This document shows, piece by piece, positions 1 through 11,100 of a stretch of DNA of 64,000 bases (positions within the stretch are counted from its first letter, which is position 1; each line of letters starts with the position of its first letter). The notes beneath the pieces were generated by a model. It was given only the letters and a program-made list of their open reading frames with translations. It had not been told where the DNA came from and ran no database searches. A program made the translations under genes and the position numbers. Source of the DNA: Ptychomitrium polyphyllum (Eukaryota); assembly GCA_973851085.1 (NCBI GenBank), contig OZ316775.1:20398001-20462000 (forward strand), read 5' to 3'.

Positions 1-1835
1 TACTGTATTGCGGCTGGACATTCTACATTCAATTAAACATTGGAACTCCTCTCAAAAGACTTTTGGTGGCCTCAAATGTGGAAGGCCGTTAAGAAGTTTG
101 TACTCTCGTGTAATACCTGCTCTAGACCAAAAATCCCTCAACACCGTCCGTATGGACTTCTTCAACCACTGCCTATTTCAAGCCAACCAAGATCGTCCAT
201 TTCAATGGATTTCACTACAAATTTTCCATCGTCAAATTCTTTTTATACCATCTTTATTGTAGTAGACCAATTGACCAAGATGGCACATTTTATACCTTGC
301 AAGGAGACAATTATAGGTGAAGAGACTGCCACACTCTTTATGGATAATGTCTATCGCTACCATGAATTACCTGACAATATTATATTAGATCGTGGACCAT
401 AGTTTGTATCAAGATTTTGGAAGTTGTTCTTTGAAATCCTTAAGGTGGACATCAAACTTTCTTTTGCCTTCCATCCTCAGACCAATGGCCAAACAGAGCA
501 AGCCAACCAGATCCTGGAGCAATATTTGAAGTGTACTATCATCTATCAACAAAATAATTGGACTTCCTATTTGACATTAGCTAAGTTTACTTACAACAAC
601 ACCACTCAAGCTTCCACCTAAAAAAAGCCATTCTATTCCAACTATAGACATCATCCAAAAATGGATATGTTATAGTCTCCACAATCTAAAAATCTAGCAA
701 TAGATGGATTTGCCAAAAGAATGGCACATCTTCAAACAACCATGAAGACTCAATTAAAAGAAGCTTGGAAACGATACAAAATAGCAGCAAATGCAACAAG
801 GAAGGAACAACCTCCATTCTAAGTTGGTGAGAAGGTGTGGCTCTTTCGACACAATATAAGGACCAATAGGCTATGTGACAAGCTAGACTATCGCAAATTG
901 GGACCATTTGCAATCGAAAAATAAGTCAACTACGTAGCATATTGTTTAAAACTACCAACATCAATGAAGGTACATCCCGTCTTCTACATTTCATTTTTGG
1001 AAACTTAAAAGGAATCAAGAATCCTTAGACAAAGCCAGCTGCCACCACTTGTGGTCGAAATTGACAATCATCATGAATTTGAAGTAGAAGAAGTGCTTGA
1101 CTCATAAATAAGATGTGGAAAGCTGGAATACTTGGTACATTTGCAAGGATATGACATCAGTGAGTACATGAGAGCCAACTAACAACCTTGCCAATTCATG
1201 AGTAGAAAATCGTGAGTTCCATCGACAATATCCATCCAAACCAAAAGTAGCAACAGATGGAATAGTATAAATCGATAAGGCTGCGTATCCTTAAAGGCTC
1301 TTGATGCTTGGGTGTTTAAATAGGAGAGAAAGCAATTCCTAAATCAAAAATTTTCAAAGTCCAAAACATGATTTATAAATTAGTCGTTTGTATTTTGAAG
1401 TTTGTCATAGTTTTCTGAGACTAGCTCAATATATTAGATATAGGTAGTCAAGATGCAGATACCATGTCAATGGTGTCAATCCAACCAAGTGGCTTTCATT
1501 GACAGCCTCGTGATAAAAAACAGATTGGACCAAGAAGGCGGCGGAAGATACCCAACAATAGATTGTTGATGATTCTCTATGAAGTGGAGCCGGCTTACAA
1601 AAGTTATCTTGAAGTTGTTTTTGAATAATGTTTTCACAATGACGATACAAAAATTCATGCATGGTCCCAAGTAGAAGGCTTTGGACACTATCGGTGGTTA
1701 CAAGGACCCATGAACCATTTGAATTGAGAAAGGCAATTGGAGTATGTTGGACATATTATGCGACAAATTTTTGACTTTTCACAACTCTGAGCATTTGTTA
1801 CTCCTTGGAGACCTTGGAACTAGAAAGCGAGGTAA
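1..1835 (+). mobile_element. Element A: 3' internal part of a decayed Ty3/gypsy chromovirus (integrase core, chromodomain, 3' region), truncated by the window start
   Basis: Fragmented ORFs give integrase motifs (ISMDF, VVDQLTKMAHF, FHPQTNGQTE) and a chromodomain-like EFEVEEVLDS..GKLEYLVH at about 1075-1140. Many stops and frameshifts. Purine-rich tract AGAAAGCGAGGTAA precedes the LTR. Confidence 0.9.
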
Positions 1836-2144
1836 TATTACAAATATACATATTAAAAGCATTTAGAAAGGTTCTTAAAAAACTTAGAAAGTTTACTTAA
1901 CTTAGAAAACTTCTAAGGAAGTAACCTATGATTTAGGAAGCTTCTAAGGAAATTACCTCAAACTAGGGAACTTCCAAAGAAACAACTCAAGGTTGCTTGA
2001 GTACAAAACGATGTATGTGAAGCTTCATAAGAAGTTTCAAAGGCATGTAGTTCTAGTATATAAAAGAGTTGAGGCTGAAGAGCTCTTCAGTCTCAACAAC
2101 GCATCTCTTGTGGTCTACTTTAGTCTTTCTGGCCATCTCTTTAG
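1836..2144 (+). repeat. 3' LTR of element A, 5' portion (interrupted by element B)
   Basis: Follows the PPT-like tract. TATATAAAAG at 2057 is followed by a palindrome at 2068-2097. Similar to the solo LTR at 39001. Confidence 0.65.
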
Positions 2145-2697
2145 TGTCACGGACATAGATCAAGCAACATAGTCTTTAGAACATTCTAGAACCTTCTAGT
2201 ATACAATAATAGCTTCTTAGAATACTTTTAGAGGTCTCCATAGCATTTCCATGTTCTTAGAAAGCTTCCTAGGAAAGTTCTTCCACCTTAAAAAACTTCC
2301 TACGCAGGTTCTATCATCTACGGTAACTTCTTAGGAAACTACCTACAAAGATTCCATCAATTAAAAAAACATCCTATGAAAGTTCCTCCACCTTAATAAA
2401 CTTCAAAGGAAGGTTCTACTTCTTTATCAAACTTTGTGAGAATATTTCCTAGACTTCTCGAACATTCTTAAGTCTTATAAGAAGCTTCTTTAGAAATATC
2501 ATAGGAGATACAAACGTCATAGTATAAATAGGACGCAAGATAAGGTATTCCTTAATCTTGCTAACATAAGTTGTGGATCATCTTGAATCCTGCCTTGTTC
2601 TAGTCTTTGTATCAAGTTCTTGTTAATCATTAGCTCTTTGGAAGCTAATTCTTGGGAAACACTTCGTTTCTGCTTCTTGTTTCTTGTGTCCCTAACA
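2145..2697 (+). repeat. 5' LTR of element B
   Basis: Starts TGTCACGGACATA and ends CCTAACA. TATAAATA at 2523. Internal ~30-bp AACTTCCTA-AGAAGGTTCC-like repeats. Homologous to the LTR copies at 8084/14339, 8126, 13732 and 39641. Confidence 0.9.
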
Positions 2698-2933
2698 TTT
2701 TGGCAAGACTACTCTTCATCTCTGTCAGAGCTAAGGTTCTTTGAAGAAGATTGTGGATTACCCATCTTCTTTAGGATTCCATAGTGTCTTAGAGGTTGCG
2801 GATTACCCTCTTCTAAGCTGGCACCATAGAGTTGGTTTTTCCTTCTAAAACTAAGTATTACTTCTTTCAAAGGACGTGGATTTTCCTCCTTTGAAGGTAC
2901 TCATAGTCTTTCTGTCTTTGAGAGTCTTAAGAA

Positions 2934-3954
2934 ATGGATAACGTGCCTGGAATATCAGAAAAATAGGTTTGCAACTATTGCAGACCTTCAAGAATTATTA
3001 AATACAGTTCGAACGGAACTTGCTCGTTTTAATACCACCAACAATTTGGAGCAACATACTCGGCAAGTTGAAGAATCCAATGGTGATATTCAAAGTCTAT
3101 ATCAAGAGGTTGTTTGATTGCGAGAGGCCAATATTAGAAGGGAAGGCTTACGTCAAACCCATGAAGAGCCAAAGATTAGCATGCCAGACAAGTTCGATGG
3201 ATCAAGATCAAAATTGAGAGGCTTTGTTCAACAAGTAAGGCTCTTCCTTAGTTTGCATCAATCTCGCTATCATGATGGCACAACTCAAGTGGAATTTGTA
3301 GCCACTCTTTTATCAAACAATGCACTATCGTGGTTTGCACCCTTAATGGAGAAGCAGTCACCATTATTGAACAACTTAGATGCTTTTATAGAAGCATTGA
3401 CATCTACTTTTAGAGACACTGACCGAGAGAGGGTGGCTGAAACAAGGATCCAGAGTCTCCAACAAAGACAGCGCTCAGTTGCTACATATGCTGCAGAGTT
3501 TTGACAATTAGCTTGCGACCTTGATTGGAATGATAAAGCCTTGGTCACACGATTTCGATGGGGCTTAATAGAGAATGTAAAGGACTTGCTACTCACAATG
3601 CCAAGAATTGAAACATTGGACAAATTCATCACTCAAGCAATAGCATGTGACAATAGACTATTTGAGAGGCGCCAAGAACAACGCTTGGGATGGCGACCAG
3701 TACATCAAAGCATGGCTACTACTTCTTCAAGAATATTGGATAATCAACCACAAGGACCAGAACCTATGCACATTGATGTTGCTCAGTTCAAACATTTGAC
3801 TCCAGAAGAAAAAGAAAGGCGTCGAAGAGAAAACCTATGTTTGTGTTGTGGTAAGTTAGGACATGAAGTGCGCGATTGCCAAATCAAAGAATCTGCCTTT
3901 ACGGCTCAAAGGACAATGGTGGAGTTGGAAAACGAGGCTGTCCAGTCACAGTAG
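2934..3954 (+). pseudogene. Retrotransposon gag with in-frame stops
   Basis: PDKFDGSRSKLRGF, ALSWF and QRSVATYAAEF capsid motifs; zinc knuckle CLCCGKLGHEVRDC; internal stops near 3117 and 3504. Confidence 0.9.
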
Positions 3955-6900
3955 GGACCATGCGACTAGACACCACAAGGAAACGACCATCAAATCAAGG
4001 TCTCTTACTACCTTCAAGCCCTACTTCTTATTTTACATTTCCTATCAAAATTAAATTGTTAGATGATGAAATAATTAGTGAGGCACTTTTAGACACTGGT
4101 GCAACGGCATGTTTTATGGACAAGGACTTTGCAACCAAACATCACATGGTGCTTGTAAAGAAAAGTTATCCTACACCTGTTGAAGTTATTGATGGACGAT
4201 CTCTTGCGTCTGGCAACGTTATTGAAGAAACTCAATCCTTGGAGGTTGTTTTAGGAGACCAGGCATCGAAGATTGTCTTCAACATCATTCAATGCCAAAC
4301 AAATCCTATTGTTTTGGGCCTTCTTGGTTTGGATTACATAATCCAGACATTGACTGGCACTCACGGAGTGTGGTCTCAAGGAGAAGATGTCAAGGTACGA
4401 GAAATCTTGGACCATCATTTATTAGAGCTACGGCATTTATGAGAGCGGTAGAGGATGAACCAATCTATGCCATTTATGCCACGCCAATGTCTAGCTCTAC
4501 AATAGAGACTAATCAAAACATACCTCATCAATATCAAGATTATGAAGACATTTTTGAGAAGAAGAATGCGGACATGTTACCAAAGCACCGGCCTTACGAT
4601 TGTACCATTCAGTTGCAAGAAGGAGCCCAACCACCTTTTGGACCTATTTATAACTTATCACAAACTAAGTTGGCTGCCTTGAGAGAATATATTGATGAAA
4701 ATCTTGGAAAGGGTTTCATTTAGCACTCTAAATCACCTGTTGGAGCACCCATTACATTTGTAAAGAAGAAAGATGGATCATTACGTATGTGCGCGGACTA
4801 CCGAGGCGTCAATGAAGTAACAAAAAAGAATTGCTATCCATTACCATTAATCTCAAGACTCCTACAACAACTTGGCCAAGCAAAGATATTTATCAAAACT
4901 GATCTTTGAGGAGCCTACAATCTTGTACGCATCAAAGAAGGAAACAAATGGAAGATAGCTTTTTGATCTAGGTATGGTCATTTTGAATATAATGTCATGT
5001 CTTTTGGCCTTATTAATGTCCCTGCAATCTTTCAATACATGATGAATGATATCTTCCATGAACATTTGGACGATTTTGTACTCATTGGCTTGGATGATAA
5101 TTTGATATATTCAAAAGATGGATAAAACCACAAATGTCATGTGCGACTGGTCTTAAAAAAACTACGCCAGCGAGGATTATATGCCAAATTGGAGAAGTGC
5201 CTTTTTCATGAATCCTCAATAGAATTTTTAAAACATTATTTCCAAAAGAGGAATTCATATGGATAAGAAGAAAACAAGCACTCTCATGGAGTGGAATACG
5301 CCAAGATCAATTCAAAATGTTCAATGCTTCTTGGGATTTGCAAACTTCTACAAGCTATCCATCAAGGATTATTCCAAGATTGCAGCACCATTAACATGTC
5401 TTACGGGGAAGCAAAAATTCATTTGGAATGAAGAGGCAAAAAAAGCATTTTGACGTCTTAAGAAGTCATTTATGTCAATTCCAATCCTTATTCATTCAAA
5501 TCCATCAAATTCTTTATATTTGGAAGCAGATGCCTCAAATTTTGCACTTCGCTCTGTACTTTCACAATATGATGAAGACAGAAGACTTCTTCCTCTTGCT
5601 TTTTGTTCAAGGAAGTTCGCAGCGGCAGAGATCAACTATGATATCCATGATAAAGAACTACTTGCAATTGTGAATGCGTTTGAAGAATGGCGACATTTGT
5701 TGGAAGGAGCTCAACATACCATCACGATACACACAGACCACTAAAATTTGGAGTATTTCATGAGTGCGCATGTTTTGAATCACCGTCAAGCAAGGTGGAG
5801 TATGTTGCTTTCCACATTTGACTTTGTCATTACCTATTGATCTAGTAGCTTACAAAATAAGCCAGATGCCTTATCTCAAAGATTTTATTTAGCTCCTCAA
5901 CTTGGAGATGATGTTTTGGATTAACAAAGGACTATTTTGATGAAGCCAAAGAATCTTCAATTGAAAGCAGCAATTGTTATGACAACATTCCATCTTAATA
6001 AAATTTGGAAGGCTTTGAAGAATGATGTCTTTGTTTTAAATATAAAGAAGCGCCTTATAGACAATGGAAATCCTTCAAATAGCAATGAGGACTTTGAATT
6101 CCAAGAGGGTCTACTTTATTATAAAGGACTTTTGTACCTACTTCCAGGCCCTTTGCGGTTGAAGATCCTTCAAGCACGTCATGATTTTCCAGCAGCAGAA
6201 CATTTTGGATTCAATAAAACAATGGAATTGATTGCTAAAGATTACCAATGGCCACAAATGTGGAAGTACGTGAAGGACTTTGTTTGATCATGCATTACTT
6301 GTGCAAGAGCCAAGGTACCAACCTCATGGTTTCTTCCATTCGCTTCATGTGCCAAAGAGCCCATAGTTGTCTTTGTTAATGGATTTTATTACGGACCTTC
6401 CAAACGCCAATTCTAAAGATTCTATTTTGGTAGTGGTAGATTGATTTATCAAAATGATACATTTTAATCCATGCAATAAGACGGTAACGGGAGAAGAAAC
6501 TCCTAAGTTGTTCCTAAATCACATCTACCGCATACATGGACAACAAGATGATATTGTATGCAATCAGGGGCTGCAATTCATTTCCAACTTTTGGAAGGCT
6601 CTATTCCAGCTGTTGCGTATAAAAATCAAGCTTTCTTCAGCACACCATCCGCAAACTAATGGCCAAACTAAACGTGTGAATCAAATTTTGGAGCAGTACC
6701 TTTGTTGTAGCATAAATTACCAGGAAGACAACTGGATGGATCTCTTGCCTTTGGCAGAATTTGCTTACAACAATACGGTGCATTCTTCAACAACTCAAAG
6801 TCCATTCTTTGCTAACTATAGCCATCATCCTCGAGCAGATCCATTTCAAGTGAAGCATGTTGGAAGCCTTGTAGTAGAGGATTTTGCAATTCAACTTGCT

Positions 6901-7428
6901 AAAATCCATCAAAAAATTACTTTCCAGTTACAACAAGCTCAAGATCGTTACAAAAGTTATGCAGATTGCCATCGAAAGGACCATCGAAAGTTCAAGGTTG
7001 GAAATAATGTATGGCTCCTACAATGAAATATACAAACAAAAAGACCATAAAAAGAAGTTGGACTATCAAAGGTTGGACCGTTTGAAATCAGCAAAAAGAT
7101 AAATCCGGTTAATTATTGCCTAAAGCTACCACCAAGCATGTAAATTCATCCAGTATTCCACGTACCATTGTTGGAAACCTATAACAAATCATGTATACCA
7201 GAGAGAATTGTCCCTCCGCCTCTTCCGTTGGAAATCAATAATGAAATTGAATATGAAGTGGAAGAGATCTTAGATTCATACATCAAAAACGGATGTGTGG
7301 AGTACCTTATACATTGGCAAGGATATGGCATCAATGACCGAACATGGGAACCTTCAACGAATGTAACAAATGCATTCAAGAAGGTACGCGAATTTTATCA
7401 ATGATATCCTCAGAAACCAGGTTGGTGA
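3927..7428 (+). pseudogene. Retrotransposon pol (protease, RT, RNase H, integrase, chromodomain), disrupted
   Basis: ALLDTGAT protease; LDD in RT; EADASNFAL and DKELLAIV RNase H; HHPQTNGQT integrase; EYEVEEILDS..YLIHWQGY..TWEP chromodomain. Domain order is gypsy-type. Confidence 0.92.
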
Positions 7429-8125
7429 TGATGTATCATCAATAGCCGTTAGCTTCACAGAGAAGTTTTTGCTTCAGAAACAAGTATAAGAAGGAAGGAG
7501 AGATATCCAAAACCTCAAATTGTATGCAGCATAAATTCTAAGATAGATCATTTCCAGATTTTAGCCAGTATGTCAAATCTTTGTGTTATCATGGATATGC
7601 ATGAAGAGCAGTCGGCCATGCCTTCATCAACAACAGCATCTGTTGAGCCAACTCAACTTTCTCAGCCTTCGGTAACGGAGGATTTAAGCCAAGATATGAG
7701 AGGGACATCCCAACGTCGAGTACGACCTCGTGCTGAAGTAATGACTAGTCTCCCTTCACATTCCAGTCTTGATTTAGATGCTCGCGCTCTAGTCATCTTG
7801 TTAGAAATTAGAAGAGTCACTCTTGGAGGACCTAAAATCTTATTTCGAGGATGTTTACAAGGACTTAATCAAGATCAAATCTTGGGATGGGACATTTCAA
7901 CAACAAAAGTTTTGGTTGGTGGTCATCAACGCTTCTTGTGAGGATCAACTGAATCAATGGGCAAATAATAACGAGCTGAATATATTGCTTCACTCTTTCG
8001 ACAAATTTTGGAAGTTGTAGAAATGTAATAAACAAGCTTAGAAAAAAGCTCCTCATGGGACTCGTCGCTAAATGGGGAGGTGATGTCACGGACATAAATC
8101 ATGCAACATAGTTCTTAGAACATTC

Positions 8126-11100
8126 TGTTAAAGATACAAGAAACAAGAAACAAAACGTAGTATTTTCCAAGAATTAACTTCCAAAGAGCTAATGATTAAC
8201 AAGAACTTGATACAAAGAGCAGAACAAGGTTGGATTCAAGATAATCCACAATTTGTGTTTGCAAGACTAAGGAATACCTTGTCTTGCCTCCTATTTATAC
8301 TATGACATTTATATGTTCTAAGATATTTCTATAGAAGCTTCCTAGAAGGCTTAAGATTGTTTCCGAAGTCTAAGGAACCTTCCTAAGAAGTTTTATAAGA
8401 TGTTGGAACCTTCTTAAGAGTCTTTCAACAAGTTGGAACCTTTTTTGAAAGTTTTCGAGGGTAGCGGAACTTTCTTTGGAAGTTTCCCGAAGAAATAAAG
8501 CCTAATTAGAAAGNNNNNNNNNNNNNNNNNNNNNNNNNNNNNNNNNNNNNNNNNNNNNNNNNNNNNNNNNNNNNNNNNNNNNNNNNNNNNNNNNNNNNNN
8601 NNNNNNNNNNNNNTCTTCTAATTTCTAACAAGATGACTAGAGCGCGAGCATCTAAATCAAGACTGGAATGTGAAGGGAGACTAGTCATTACTTCAGCACG
8701 AGGTCGTACTCGACGTTGGGATGTCCCTCTCATATCTTGGCTTAAATCCTCCGTTACCGAAGGCTGAGAAAGTTGAGTTGGCTCAACAGATGCTGTTGTT
8801 GATGAAGGCATGGCCGACTGCTCTTCATGCATATCCATGATAACACAAAGATTTGACATACTGGCTAAAATCTGGAAATGATCTATCTTAGAATTTATGC
8901 TGCATACAATTTGAGGTTTTGGATATCTCTCCTTCCTTCTTATACTTGTTTCTGAAGCAAAAACTTCTCTGTGAAGCTAACGGCTATTGATGATACATCA
9001 TCACCAACCTGGTTTCTGAGGATATCATTGATAAAATTCGCGTACCTTCTTGAATGCATTTGTTACATTCGTTGAAGGTTCCCATGTTCGGTCATTGATG
9101 CCATATCCTTGCCAATGTATAAGGTACTCCACACATCCGTTTTTGATGTATGAATCTAAGATCTCTTCCACTTCATATTCAATTTCATTATTGATTTCCA
9201 ACGGAAGAGGCGGAGGGACAATTCTCTCTGGTATACATGATTTGTTATAGGTTTCCAACAATGGTACGTGGAATACTGGATGAATTTACATGCTTGGTGG
9301 TAGCTTTAGGCAATAATTAACCGGATTTATCTTTTTGCTGATTTCAAACGGTCCAACCTTTGATAGTCCAACTTCTTTTTATGGTCTTTTTGTTTGTATA
9401 TTTCATTGTAGGAGCCATACATTATTTCCAACCTTGAACTTTCGATGGTCCTTTCGATGGCAATCTGCATAACTTTTGTAACGATCTTGAGCTTGTTGTA
9501 ACTGGAAAGTAATTTTTTGATGGATTTTAGCAAGTTGAATTGCAAAATCCTCTACTACAAGGCTTCCAACATGCTTCACTTGAAATGGATCTGCTCGAGG
9601 ATGATGGCTATAGTTAGCAAAGAATGGACTTTGAGTTGTTGAAGAATGCACCGTATTGTTGTAAGCAAATTCTGCCAAAGGCAAGAGATCCATCCAGTTG
9701 TCTTCCTGGTAATTTATGCTACAACAAAGGTACTGCTCCAAAATTTGATTCACACGTTTAGTTTGGCCATTAGTTTGCGGATGGTGTGCTGAAGAAAGCT
9801 TGATTTTTATACGCAACAGCTGGAATAGAGCCTTCCAAAAGTTGGAAATGAATTGCAGCCCCTGATTGCATACAATATCATCTTGTTGTCCATGTATGCG
9901 GTAGATGTGATTTAGGAACAACTTAGGAGTTTCTTCTCCCGTTACCGTCTTATTGCATGGATTAAAATGTATCATTTTGATAAATCAATCTACCACTACC
10001 AAAATAGAATCTTTAGAATTGGCGTTTGGAAGGTCCGTAATAAAATCCATTAACAAAGACAACTATGGGCTCTTTGGCACATGAAGCGAATGGAAGAAAC
10101 CATGAGGTTGGTACCTTGGCTCTTGCACAAGTAATGCATGATCAAACAAAGTCCTTCACGTACTTCCACATTTGTGGCCATTGGTAATCTTTAGCAATCA
10201 ATTCCATTGTTTTATTGAATCCAAAATGTTCTGCTGCTGGAAAATCATGACGTGCTTGAAGGATCTTCAACCGCAAAGGGCCTGGAAGTAGGTACAAAAG
10301 TCCTTTATAATAAAGTAGACCCTCTTGGAATTCAAAGTCCTCATTGCTATTTGAAGGATTTCCATTGTCTATAAGGCGCTTCTTTATATTTAAAACAAAG
10401 ACATCATTCTTCAAAGCCTTCCAAATTTTATTAAGATGGAATGTTGTCATAACAATTGCTGCTTTCAATTGAAGATTCTTTGGCTTCATCAAAATAGTCC
10501 TTTGTTAATCCAAAACATCATCTCCAAGTTGAGGAGCTAAATAAAATCTTTGAGATAAGGCATCTGGCTTATTTTGTAAGCTACTAGATCAATAGGTAAT
10601 GACAAAGTCAAATGTGGAAAGCAACATACTCCACCTTGCTTGACGGTGATTCAAAACATGCGCACTCATGAAATACTCCAAATTTTAGTGGTCTGTGTGT
10701 ATCGTGATGGTATGTTGAGCTCCTTCCAACAAATGTCGCCATTCTTCAAACGCATTCACAATTGCAAGTAGTTCTTTATCATGGATATCATAGTTGATCT
10801 CTGCCGCTGCGAACTTCCTTGAACAAAAAGCAAGAGGAAGAAGTCTTCTGTCTTCATCATATTGTGAAAGTACAGAGCGAAGTGCAAAATTTGAGGCATC
10901 TGCTTCCAAATATAAAGAATTTGATGGATTTGAATGAATAAGGATTGGAATTGACATAAATGACTTCTTAAGACGTCAAAATGCTTTTTTTGCCTCTTCA
11001 TTCCAAATGAATTTTTGCTTCCCCGTAAGACATGTTAATGGTGCTGCAATCTTGGAATAATCCTTGATGGATAGCTTGTAGAAGTTTGCAAATCCCAAGA

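Noticed and set aside
2230..2460. ~30-bp repeats in LTRs resembling a CRISPR-like array
   Set aside because: Degenerate tandem U3 repeats with no unique spacers, in a eukaryotic LTR context.
8506..8859. 117-aa ORF running into X residues
   Set aside because: Mirror of the 7570 ORF read through the N gap.
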